Made by a program: the position numbers and the translations under genes. DNA of 64,000 nucleotides from Spizellomyces punctatus DAOM BR117 (taxonomy: Eukaryota): assembly GCA_000182565.2 (NCBI GenBank), contig KQ257451.1. One strand, written 5' to 3'. Each line of letters starts with the position of its first letter. Positions within the stretch are counted from its first letter, which is position 1. The notes under the pieces were generated by a model, which saw only the letters and a program-made list of their open reading frames with translations, was not told the DNA's origin and ran no database searches. Of the stretch, positions 44,195 through 57,758 are shown one piece after another.

Positions 44195-47100
44195 CTATAG
44201 TACCAAAAGTCGGACCTTGGCAGTCTCATCCATCCCTACATATCCATCACTAACAATAAGCAAGGTCAATTCGACCTCCCCAGGTTCATCAGGTGTGATA
44301 AATCTCAGTCCAGTAGACATCTTATCCGATCGATCGCCCGTCGCAGCAACACGTTTAATGGCAACTACTTCGTCTTCAACAGCATCGCCAAGAACCACCC
44401 ACCAGCCTTCATATTGTGGTTTGGGAAACTTTGGAGCATATACTCGGTGTTGGTTGTTCATTCCGCGAGACGGCCGTGATCGTGTCAGTTCGACTCGAAG
44501 TTCATATTGTTGTCCACGTTGCACACCCCATAATCCCGGCAACTTCTCAACCGCATTTTCCACTCTAGATTTGACGCTCAATAATGGCAAGTTTCGGGTG
44601 ATGCGTTTAATCTCTCCGATGTGGGCGGGGGCAAGGCCCACCCCGGCAAATGCTTCCTCCATATCCTGATCACTCAACCGTGCAACGTGCTTTAAATGAG
44701 TCACCACGTCCCCCCTCACTTTGAGCATTGATGCCATTTCATTCGTTACTCTCGGCAAAATTACCAACTCTGATCGTGTGGGCCACCATGCCTGCTTGAT
44801 ACACTGCATCAAGTGCATGACACCCAAACAGGTAGACAGGTACCCATCCTCGGCAGCGACATCCACCATGGCCTGCATGATACGGATTGATTGATCCAAT
44901 ACCGACGTCGTATCAGTAGCGAAATCAGCGCACGGCAATGTTCCCAAGCGGGTAAGATGGGCTTGGAGAAGCAAAAAAGCTTTCGCATGCGGGTCATCAT
45001 AATCGTAGATCTTGCCTTCGTTCAAGGGTCCAATACCAAAGGAACTGCCTTGTTCGTTCAAGTTGACCGGAACAGGTAACAGTCTTTCGAGATCCTGATT
45101 CATCTTGTCCTCATTGTGCCGTACAGGGAGCTCATCATACTCTGCTACGTCACACAAGATCCTCAGCATCTTCGGAAAATCTCCCTCAGCGGCTCTAGCG
45201 GCGGACGGTGCACGGTAATGGGGTCCAAGGCGTTGCGTCAGTGTTCGGATGGTGGTATGGTGGAGATAATAGTACGACGCAATCTTTCCATACACAGTAG
45301 GGTGCACATAAAAGTCACCGTCAATCTCGATACACGCCGAGTCGACAAGAGCCTGCAGGGAATTTTCGATCAACGTGGACATGTAAATATTGATACCCTC
45401 TGGAGAAGCTTCTTGGACTCCATAGAACGTTGGGTTCTGTCAAAAAACTCAGTTAGCTCCACAACCATAGGCTTCTCCAAACGTAGCTACTCACCATCTG
45501 CAATCTCCGATAAAGGTACGTCCATGTCAAATAATCCATCGCATCCTGTTTGCTTGTCACCGTCCCCCCGACAATCTCAGCACACATATGATCATGTAGA
45601 CATGTATGTAAACTGCTCTCAACAGGGAAGGGTTCGTGCAAAAACTTTTTGTAAAAGTTTTTCTTGATGTCATGTACAAAAATCCGTGCAACACCAGAAT
45701 CATCAAACTGGGGACGTCCAGCTCGCCCCATCATTTGCAGGACATCAGTAATCTGGAAATCGACGTATCCCTTCACCTTGGCATCGTAAAACTCTGTTCC
45801 CTTGATGACGACGAGATGCGCGGGATAATTAACTCCCCACGCGAGCGTACTTGTAGCGATGAGAATCTGGATCTTGCCATTCACAAAGAGCTCTTCAGAG
45901 ATTTTTCGGTCACTTTCTATCAAACCGGCGTGATGCAGACCGATCCCAAATCCAAGGGCAAGCTTGAGGGACTGGTCTTTGACCTGCGAGACCAAGATTT
46001 CCAAGTCTTCTTCGGGCATATGCAGGAAGCGTTTGGGGTTTTCGTCCAAACCGCATAGCGCAATCAAGTCTTGGGCAGTAAGCCGAGTTTGTCGCCGCGA
46101 AGATACGAAAACTATTACCGGTTTCCTAGGGGAATGCGTCAGTATGGCCGTATAGGTTGGTTTGTTCATCGACATCATTCGCGGACAGTCTGAAAATGGT
46201 CGAACAGAAATGGTCAGTCTCTGGACCACGTCGTCACTCAATACCAGTCGCCAACTCACAATGCTTGCCGGCGAATCCATCAATGTAAATCTCCAGAGGG
46301 ACGGGCCGTACTGAATGCCTAAAGTTGAACAATCCAACATGCGTAATTCCAAGCCAATCCGCTAAATCATTTGCGTTCGCAAGCGCCGTGCTCAGTCCTA
46401 CAATCCGAATCTTTTTTCCTGTTTGTGCAGAGATATAATTCATTCTGGAGACAATAACTTCCAAAATCGGGCCTCGATCTCCTCCTAGAAGGTGAATCTC
46501 GTCGATGATCACCAGTGAGACGTTTGTGACATATTTACGCGTTTGCCAGCTTCGACTGATTCCATCCCATTTTTCGGGAGTTGTAATGATGATATCTGCC
46601 TTTTGGATCGTACGCAGATCGGGAGTTACGTCCCCAGTCAACTCCACGAGCTCTCGGTTCATAGGGAATGTCAGTCGAGATCGCCAATCTTGGACTCGCT
46701 CGCGAACCAATGCTTTCAATGGAGCGATATAGACCACCTTCGACTTGGGGTGATCCCTGAAGGCCGCCCACATCGCCAATTCGGCCGCAACAGTTTTTCC
46801 GGAGCCCGTTGGTGCGCCCACGAGAACGTTATGCTCACTTCGGTACAACGTATGGAAGATCTGGGTCTGCACAGGATTGAAGTATTCAAACCTCTGCCTG
46901 CAGATATCCTCCAGAATTGGGTTGTCTAGTGCTGATACAGGGAGTGGCTGCAAATCTAACAAATCCGTGTGAGGTGCTCTATTCAGGGTGGGAAGAATTA
47001 GATGCTTAAACGACACGGGGATGATAATGTCGGACCCAATCCATTTATCTGAAACCGCACGGATGAAAATCTGGGGTGGGAGCTCGTCAACGGTTGAAGA

Positions 47101-50100
47101 CGTTGTTGGGATCGGAATCGTGAACCCCAGTTTCTGCTCCTCGTCTTGTGCCCGTTTATGCAGCAGAAAGTATTCACTATACAGAATCTCCGTATTCTCT
47201 GAATCTTCCACCCAAATCCACCAGGGCTCAACCGATCCATGCACCCGGTCATTCCAGATAAAATCCGGTGTAATCGTTAAAGTCACTCTTAACACCTTCC
47301 GAGTAATCGGCGCGATCGTTGCATCCAGAATCAAGGACGGAAATTGTTGGGCACACCTAATGACCGTATAGGCCATCTTTTGATGTCGAATCAGCTGCCC
47401 TACTTCTCTCACATCCATATGCCGCACATCCTCAATGGTCAACTGTCTTGGAGCTCTCTCCAATTTCTGTACAATCTCTGGTGCGAGATCAAATTGTCCC
47501 AAAGGATGCTCGAATGACCACATGCGTTTATCCACCGCCTTGCAGAGTGATAGTATAACTGAGGAAGCTGGGCCCCAGTTTCGATTCAAAGCAATCTGGA
47601 ACAATGCTCTCAAGATACGGGCGGCGTTTTGTGCCACATAGGCCGTGTCAGAGACCAGAGCAAAATCCTCGATATGAGCGCGAGAAATGTAGCTTTGCAG
47701 AAGAATATTGGTCTTGCCGTAATTGGTGTCAACGCCGCCCTAAATTGAAGAGATTTTAGATGCCTCCGATTTGACGATTGACAATGCCGCAAGCGTACCT
47801 TAACAGCACAAACACAATCATTCTCCTCCAGATCTTTTATTTCTTGCACCTCCTCCTCCCGAACCTTAACATTCTCAAATTCCGTGCTCATACTGAGCAT
47901 ACTCAATACATCCGCTTCTGTCATCCTTGGCCGCATCATCTCGTTGAAGATCTCCACACTTGCGGTCTGAATGTAAAAGCTACTTGCGGTCCTTCCCAAA
48001 TCTTTTGGGTTGAGGTAACCCCTTTCTGCGTCAAAGGTGATCATTTGGGCTTTGGCCAAAGTCTTTGCTGCTGCGATAATCAATTCCCGTCGACGTTTGG
48101 CCAAGGTTGGGTCATCTTGAATATCGTTCCAGTTTAATCCATACTGGAAGGGGTTCTTCTTCATTCGCGCGTACAGGTATGTGTAGGATAACCACCTGAC
48201 TCCTTCGTCGAGAGATGTTACTGTTCCAAGAGAAATTTCGGCGTTCAGATTATCCGTGAGGTGCTCTGCAAATCGAGACTCGATGGGATGCTGCTGCGTC
48301 ATTGCGGAGACGTAATGGCTCAGCTTATCATGTGATGTCAGAATGTAACCGACACCACGATCTTCGTACTGGGGTCTACTCGAATTTCGGCAATCACATT
48401 ATATCAATCTGAAAATACATGCATGGAACGACGGCCATAACGTACCGTCCAGCACGACCGAAAATCTGGAGCACATCCAAAATGGAAAGGTCCATAAAGC
48501 CACCTTTCTGTGCATTGTACACTTGCGTTCCCTTGATGACCACTGCATACGCAGGGAGGTTGACACCTAAACAGATTCACGTTGTCAAAACTGAGTAAAG
48601 AGGAAGCCAACAAGTTCTCTTGCGACACTAACCCCACGCAAGCGTCGCCGTACAACACAAGACCTAACACATGATTTAGTCAAATTTTGATGGGTTATGG
48701 GATATACGCAGAACTGAGACATACCCTGAGTAAACCCTTCTCAAATAGACGTTCCGTCAAGGTCCGATCGGACCGCAGCATCCCGGCATTATGTATACCG
48801 AAGCCGGAGGCAAAAAGTTCCCTCAATTCTTTATTCTTTGACCTTTGCACTTCCTTGACAGCCAGACCATACTGCGGATCCTGCGTCATATCAAACAGCC
48901 CTGCCACCGCAAAAAGTAAGTATCGAAGCGTCCTTCACTCGCAGGAGTACCCACCAAGCTCATTATGATTAAGCGCCTCATCTCGAAGCATTTGCGCCGT
49001 CCGAACAGTGTCTTTTCTCGAATGAACAAAAACCATCACTTGTGCCCCATCACGGACGAGTTCGGATACTTTATCATAGCAAACATCATTCATCTTCTTC
49101 TGCATGATAGTTGATCCGGCTTTCGCCTTGATGCCGATGAAGTGTTGTTCCAATGGGACAGGGCGGAAAGAGGAGTCGAAGAAGAATAGGCCTTGATATT
49201 TGTTTACGCTATATTTGTGACAAATATTAAAGACAGAAAGGAGAGCCTGTGATTCAGAATCACCCGTACCCAAGGAAGGCGGCCACATCGAGGTAGTTTG
49301 GTAATGTGGCTGACAGTCCGATAATGCGGATCATCGACTGGCTTGACTCCACCTTTTGATATCATTGTTACGACGCACTCCCTATCTGTGTGTGCCATTG
49401 CTATCAGAAATACCTGTCGTAACGTCCTCGCCACAATACTTTCAATAACAGCGCCTCGGTCTTCATGGAGAAGATGGACTTCATCTATGATTAACAGGCG
49501 AACCTTCTGCTCCGGAGATCATTGAACACGAAGCATCTCCAATCATAACGGCGTCGACAGACCTGCGCCAATTCAGTATCCCCAACACTTTTTCGTGTCA
49601 CGACATCCCACTTTTCAGGAGTAGTCACAATCATTTGGGTAGCTGCAATCTCCGCTTTCGTCAACTGCATATCGCCTGTATACCCAAAAAGATGACGTTC
49701 AGTATATCTCCAGAACAAAAGGCGCGCGCCTGACTGACCAGTAAGCTCTCTAACAGAAATACCCAATCCCCCATCCTGTTCACGCCCGCCCAATCTAGCT
49801 GAAAACTTTCGTACAACCTCTGCAGCGAGAGCTTTCATTGGTGCCACATATACGATTTTGAAATCATTCTTTGCCAACCGCCCGTCATGGCGATGTTGCG
49901 ACAAGGTCCGCATGACTGTAAGCATCGCGATATCCGTCTTCCCCTGATGGAGAGCATGGCGTCAGACAGGTGAACATGATTGCTAGTGAACATATATCGC
50001 CCAGCATACCGCTCCGGTTGGCGCGCACACCAGCATATTCTCATTCGTCCCATAAGCAATAGGGAATACAATGGACTGTACTCGGTTTAGCGACGTGTAG

Positions 50101-51830
50101 CCTTTGAAACCTTGCTGGGCAAACTCATCCAATTCTGCAATAGGAACCCGTCTTTCATGTGAACGAACAGCGGCTGGCTTCGAGATTGGAATTGATATCT
50201 CCTCATAGTCCTATGATTATAGACTAAATAGGCAGATACAAGTAGAAGGTTATCGTCAGAAAGCCCCGTACCTTGTAATCCTCCCTTTCAGTTCCGGCTG
50301 GTAATGTGAATCGTGATCCGAAAGTTGATAGAACTGAGCCACCAGAGCCAGATTGATAAACGTTCGGCAGTACTTCTTGCTGTGCAGAGCCAAAAGACTA
50401 GTCGGAACATTAGCATGGAACAGTAAGTGATCTGCTCAATTCACAATACTTACCGCATCGGCAACCATGGGTGCATTTGCCGCAGACCGTAATTGCTCCT
50501 CTCGCACTCGGCGCAAATGATCACCATCCAGACCAAGCATAGTGGCGCTGGTCATCATTTGACTCTCCTCTGTCGTCAAATTGCATCATAGGGTCAGTGT
50601 CTTCTCGGACCTGGTACTCAAATTCCGTTCACCAACCCTGTGATACTTTGCTCCGCTTCTTCCATTCCTTACGTTGCTGCTTCAATTGCAGCTTTTCAGC
50701 TTCTGACATAACGGTTACCTGGGCACCATATGCAGGGGCCCTGGACGGATATGGAGGTGGCTGTGTGGCCGCGTCGAGAGGTATCTGTTCCGGCTCTACC
50801 TCAACAGCCTAGACATGATGAGAGCAATATATTATGTCCTTGCTCCAAACCAAAAGGAGAAGCTACGAAGCAACCTGCTCTGTGATGGTTTGCACGATAT
50901 CTCGACGATGGGAGAGGAGCGTCAATATCAAAGCAAAGTTGGAATACCCCATCAAATCCACCAAAGCGCTCTGTATGTCGTCATCTGAAGAGGTCTGCAT
51001 TAGGGCATCACAGAATGGGTTTGCTTTCTCAGAAGATAAAATTAGGCTTACCGCCTTTATCAGATCGCAGAATGTCGAAAACATCTGTGCACAGCTGCAC
51101 AGGTGTTAATGCTGCGTAGTCTGGGTCATTCGCAATATGGAGTTCACATTGACTGCAATTCATGTGGTTATAAAGATGTTTAGTTGATAGAAAGCATAAC
51201 TGCCTTACCTCAGCAGCCAGTGTCTATCATATTGTGGAGCCTCCTCTGGCAGCGCAGGAGTGGGGCCGCGGCATTTAGTGACTAGAGAGTCGCGGTCCTT
51301 TGTCGGTTGCTGCAGCTGCGTCTCTTCCTCCGGAATCACAGTTTCACCGTCACTGTCACGATGCAATATCACGTCTGCCGCTTGCCTCCCGAAAGGGGTG
51401 ACGAACGGAACATTTACGCCAAACGGCTCTCTACGCCGTATGCGATCGTCTGATCAACAAGAGACTCAGTGAAAGTGTACATGGTGCGTCATAGATAGAC
51501 CACCAGGCTCACCTAGTAAAGTAGACCTAAGATGAGACAAAAGTTAGAAGAGCTAAAAGAAAACCCAAGCTGGACAGCATTCCCTTACTTATCAGTTTCT
51601 GCTAAAGTACTCTTTATATCGTCTAGCAACTTATCCCAATCTTGAAAGAAGTCTCCAGAGTTGCTGGCGTCCCCATTACTCGTGTTTGTCGGCAGCAATG
51701 AAGTAGAAGCGGTCCGACTCAAAGGGTCGAGAGGCTGCTCGTCGTCGTCAATATCACTTTGACCCGCTCTATTCCTCTTCAAGAGATAGTCCCGTAGGAC
51801 ATCTGTAAACCTTACGGAGCTCAACACCAT
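44195..51830 (-). CDS. ASCC3: ASCC3/Slh1 Ski2-like helicase with two helicase cassettes and Sec63 domains, multi-exon
   Basis: [32 protein letters not shown]; second cassette [49 protein letters not shown]. Confidence 0.93.
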
Positions 51831-51992
51831 ACTGACCGAGGACTTTACAGGGGGAAGAAGCTCATGAAGAAGCTCACAGCGAGAAGGTGAGATTGGAGAC
51901 CATGGTGGATGAGTCACACTCGCTGTGCCACCAACAAGTGCGTGATGGAAGAATGTCATTTTCAAACTCTGCCCATCTCGCAGCAAAACTCA

Positions 51993-52956
51993 ATGTCAAA
52001 TCCACAAACACCACCACCACTGCCACCAAATCCGGCAAAGTCTCAGTGGCAATCTTGCTGGGACGAAACCTCTCAACTCTATTATTGGTGGAATACTGCC
52101 ACGAACGAAACAACATGGGAAGATCCTAATCAGATATCCTCCGTCGCAAAACCGAAACATGAAGCCGACCAAAACAACCATGTAGAAAACGTAGAGGCCA
52201 TAGAAGATGAAATAGCTGTCAAACCTCCAGATTCACAGGAGCCAGTAGAAGGGACAAGTGCGGCCGAAGAGGAGGAGACGTCGACGGAGACAAGCAAGGA
52301 CAAAAGCGTAGAAACTTCCGAGGAATCGCAGTCCCCAATCGATCAAGGAACTGCTTCTAACGATTACTATAATTCGGAGGAATACTATAATTGGTACTAT
52401 TCGCAGTACCTCCCGCAATCTTCAATTTCATCAAGCAACTCCCCGGATAACACTTCGCCCCCCGATTCAAAGCTGCGTGCCGGTGGTGATTCGTCAAACA
52501 CATCAACAGATCCTTCAGGAACTTCATACTTGATGCAGACAGAGCATGGCGCAAAGTCCAATGTGATAGGCAAAATTGACTATTCAGGTCGGTTTCTCGG
52601 CGGAATATTCCTTAGCTCTTTACAATGGCTGACAATTCACTTGGTTTCCAGACTATACGGTAACAGGAGCGTTCAACTCTCGAACCGGGCGATTTCAAAA
52701 TATTGACCGAGACCCGCGATACGCTGCCCCCGACCAGTACTTTGACCAGTCATCAAAGGCCATTCGTCAGATGAACTTCTTCTTTGATTACGACAAATTT
52801 CAAGAAGAACGCGCCGCTAAGCGTCTTGCAGAAATGGATGGTGAGGGCCAAGTACGAAAACAGCAGAAGTTGACAAAGAAGGATATCGAATTTTATAAGC
52901 AACGGAAGAAGGAAAAGAAGTTGAAGTCTTTGAAAGCGAGATTTGGTGGTGACTGA
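51993..52956 (+). CDS. WW-domain protein
   Basis: WQSCWDETSQLYYWWNTATNETTWEDP; GAFNSRTGRF; RQMNFFFDYD; basic tail KLTKKDIEFYKQRKKEKK. Confidence 0.8.
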
Positions 52957-53067
52957 TGAAATAAAAAGTTTCGGTGCGGGAAGGCGTTTAGGCTGACGAA
53001 GTCTTATATTTGTGACGCATTATTGATTGGATGTGTAATGAGTTGTGCCTCTCCCCACTGCTGCCCG

Positions 53068-54170
53068 TCATCGACTACCCTCCTGTCCTTCCGAACTATC
53101 AACCGGCTCGGGCCGCACTTGTTCCTCAGCCACCATTTTCCGCGCGCTGACAATATAGTTCATTTGCAGATCTCCCAATCCTCGGCCGCTCAAAAGGCTC
53201 CACTGGTTTGATGCGGGATTGAATGACATTCCTTTGATATCCAATACCTCACATCCCGCGCCTGTCAAAAACCGCTGCATCTCCTCTGGGGTGACATATT
53301 TAGCGTGCTCATGGGTCCCTGGTGGTACCCATCTAAGTAGATGTTCCGCTAAGAGGATCGTGAACAGATAGGATGTAGGGGTGCGGTTGATAGTGGAACA
53401 GAAAATAAGGCCGTTGGGCTGAAAGGGCAATGTAAATACTTTGCACCAATTCCACTGTAGGTCAATTGATGGGAGGTCTTACCTTGACGAGCTGGCCGCA
53501 AACGCGGATGAACTCTTGCGGATCAACCACATGTTCAATAATTTCCAAAGCGCATACAGCGTCAAACTTTTCACCATCTTCCGCTAGCTGCTCTACGTGT
53601 CTGTATTAGAATGATATCAAGATACATGGAGGACATGTGGTAAAGGTCTATACCAGCCGTCGTGTGCCGATACTCGAATGACCCACGTCCGAATTGCAGC
53701 GTGGGGTCCTGTGCGGCGTGTATTCTAGCCATATGTATGTTTTCTTCAGCGGCATCTGCGCCTACTACTGTAGCCCCTAGTCTGACGAGCGCCTTGACGT
53801 AGGAACACATCAGCAAGAACTCTGGAATTGCAACTAGCAAGCCACGTTAGGTTACCTCGGACAGCAAACCGCCCCCACATCCAATATCCAAGAAGCGCAG
53901 GCCAGTAAATGGTTTCGCCGCGCTAGTCCCATCTCCTTTGCCAACATGCTCCAGCATATCCCGCACATAGCCAACGCGAACCGGATTCATTCTATGCAGC
54001 ATCGCAAACTCGCCACCTGGATTCCACCAGTCATCTGCCGCCCGGGCAAACTTTGCAATTTCCGCCTGGTCAACCGTACTCGTAACAGAACGTATCGACC
54101 CATATTGCGGTGGTTTCCTGTGGGTTAATCGCCGTCCGAATAGCCGGGTAAGCGTTCGCTGGTGGTGCAT
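53068..54170 (-). CDS. COQ3: Ubiquinone biosynthesis O-methyltransferase
   Basis: [70 protein letters not shown]. Confidence 0.95.
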
Positions 54171-54218
54171 GATGCTTAAGAGTGCTCTCGGATTGCTGCG
54201 CACCACCTTTATATACTA

Positions 54219-54232
54219 GTTGCCATGGTAAC
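54219..54232. promoter_or_regulatory. RFX X-box-like palindrome GTTGCCATGGTAAC in the COQ3/CIA1 divergent promoter
   Basis: Matches the X-box consensus GTTGCCATGG(C/T)AAC. Confidence 0.5.
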
Positions 54233-54294
54233 AAGCGTCATCACCAAACTTGATTTAGCTTTGAACGTTATTCATTATCTCGAAACTCCTCATT

Positions 54295-55726
<1,432 letters not shown>

Positions 55727-55729
55727 TCT

Positions 55730-55820
55730 GATGTTACATGTATTTAGTGTAGAGGTGACAGAAACTGGCACTAGCTACTACACCAGGGAATAAACCAGCG
55801 ACAACTGGTTCGGAAAAGCC
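55730..55820 (-). ncRNA. Putative Fanzor omegaRNA, copy 2 (scaffold ~55745-55820 plus guide AAUACAUGUAACAUC)
   Basis: Same scaffold as copy 1 apart from the compensatory pair AACCAG/CTGGTT. Ends are inferred. Confidence 0.8.
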
Positions 55821-56435
55821 GAGTAATTCCCTCCTTACAACCAACCAACTACCACTAGGCCCAATTACACATGCAATACATTACGGTTGTTTCTAACCGG
55901 GTAACTAAGCCCACCACACGAGAGAAATCCTACTAAGCCCTTGATTCCGAAATTCTTTAGTCAGAGGATGTTCAGATACTAATTAAACCAGAATTAGACT
56001 CGGAATACACATGGGAAAATACAAAGATAATGCATACCTGCAATCATTGCAATATAGTAGTAGCAGCGTTTGCAAGGGGTTATGTTGTTTTTGTCGGGAG
56101 GGCAAGGTCCTCAACACCAGAGCGGCATTCTCATGATGGACTTGAGAGTGTTGCTTGAACGTTGCGCAGATGCTTTGAGTCGAGGATGGGTAAAGAGGAA
56201 AGAGGGAAGAGACAGTGAAGGCCCCCCTTTTATAGACCTTCCGCATGCACCTCACCGCAGTTTAAAAAAAGAAAAAAATACGTTAGCATGCCACACTGCA
56301 GTTTGGAGTTTGGAGAACATTAGCATGCCACACCAATCTGAGCGATAGATGGGGGTTCTGATTATGCGATATGATTAACTGGATTGATCCGGATAATAAT
56401 GGGTCCTAGTGCCATTTTCAATCACCTACACACTA
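55745..56435 (-). mobile_element. Non-autonomous TIR element, Fanzor 'ghost' copy 2
   Basis: 30-bp TIRs 55745-55774 and 56406-56435 (25/30, ending in TA); termini, TATA region and A-tract colinear with copy 1; minus-strand 5' flank reads TATA. Confidence 0.88.
56227..56234 (-). promoter_or_regulatory. TATA box inside ghost element 2
   Basis: AAGGTCTATAAAAGGGGGGCCTT, identical to copy 1. Confidence 0.6.
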
Positions 56436-56549
56436 TATATTGAACCCTCCGCATATTGTGTTTTGAACCAGACAGCTACAGGCACTGTAATAAACGTTAC
56501 TTCTCACTTTTCCTCTGGCCGCAGCCACCTCCTCTGGGTTCAAAAGCAA

Positions 56550-57520
56550 CTATGAGATTGTACCAGACAAGATTGCCTCCACCGCCTGTCCTTCATCGCC
56601 TTCAAATTGTCGTAAGGCTTTAACAACCAATCCTCGCTCAAACCCCATTTCACATACTCTTGAGATTGACCCTTGGTCCAGCCCCACCTCGTCTACGCCC
56701 ACCGTTTTCCCAATCTGATCGACGGAAGAACCCCCAATAGCATGTATCTGGGTCCATTCCCTTGCAGTCTTCTCAAAGTCCGCTCGTGCCGACAGGTAGT
56801 GTTTCGCAACCTCCGCGTCCTACAACATCTATTTAGAATACGCCTTTCTTGAAGTAATAGGACTGACAAAAGGATAATCCACGCACCTGCGGATTGTCCG
56901 GTGCTGGATCGCAAAGCAGCGACTGCAGGGATATTAGCTGATCACAGCACCTTTCAGTGTTACAAGCCACAGGCACAGAATCACAAACCATGCATCTCCA
57001 AACATACCACAGTTTTCAAGGTCAGGACAGGACTCCATTCATCTTTCAAAATGTCCAAGCCTATTCACCAGCCGCCACGCGATAAGCGACCATCCCAATC
57101 ATGCTGGGAGAAAGTTGGTTTGATGAGACTCACATATAGCGCCTGTTTGCGAAGAGATGTTTGGATGGTAGACTGGTGTCTCAAATCTCATTTTTGGGGG
57201 CTAGTTCACATGAGCATTGTCAACAATCTCCATTCCAGGCGAACGGCCAAACTACGGCGCGGCACACCTTGAAAGGATAGTCGTCTGGTAACTCTATGTC
57301 CACAAGAAACTGTCCACCTTCGTATGGGCTACCCTGCGGCCCTGCAATCATTCCTTTAAGGCGACCTAGCGTCGGCGATTCAGCTGCGTATAGTGGGATG
57401 ATTGGGTGTATCCTGTGTGGTCTTACATAGATTGTCTCCGACAACTTGCACATATACATTGGCAGTTTTGTCCGACTGCACTTGACGGATTTCCCTCTCT
57501 ATTCGTCGTGCGTCTGGCAT
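56550..57520 (-). CDS. UBC1: Ubiquitin-conjugating enzyme E2 with C-terminal UBA
   Basis: [70 protein letters not shown]. Confidence 0.92.
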
Positions 57521-57758
57521 TTTCGGAGTTGGTAAAATCTGTATATGGTCGCTGTAAAACTTGGAAAAGATGAATGATAATGCGCAGGGTAAAGTTGCAC
57601 AATGTGTGGATCTTGGGTGCTGAGTGTTGGATGAGTCATTTGATTATGTAAGATGAAGCCGATCATGGGTGTTATTCAAAGAACCAAAGAACAAGAACTT
57701 TTATAGAGCAGGAGTTCTTCTGGGGGATCTTCCTTCGTCTTTGCAACCGCTTGAACCA

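Noticed and set aside
44094-47641. Plus-strand ORFs opposite ASCC3, and similar ones opposite TTC12 and ABC-F
   Set aside because: Antisense shadows of long coding exons with no recognisable domains
56550-57520. Both ghosts neighbour UBA-domain ubiquitin genes (DSK2, UBC1)
   Set aside because: Only two cases, with different geometry (5' vs 3' side); likely coincidence in a gene-dense genome
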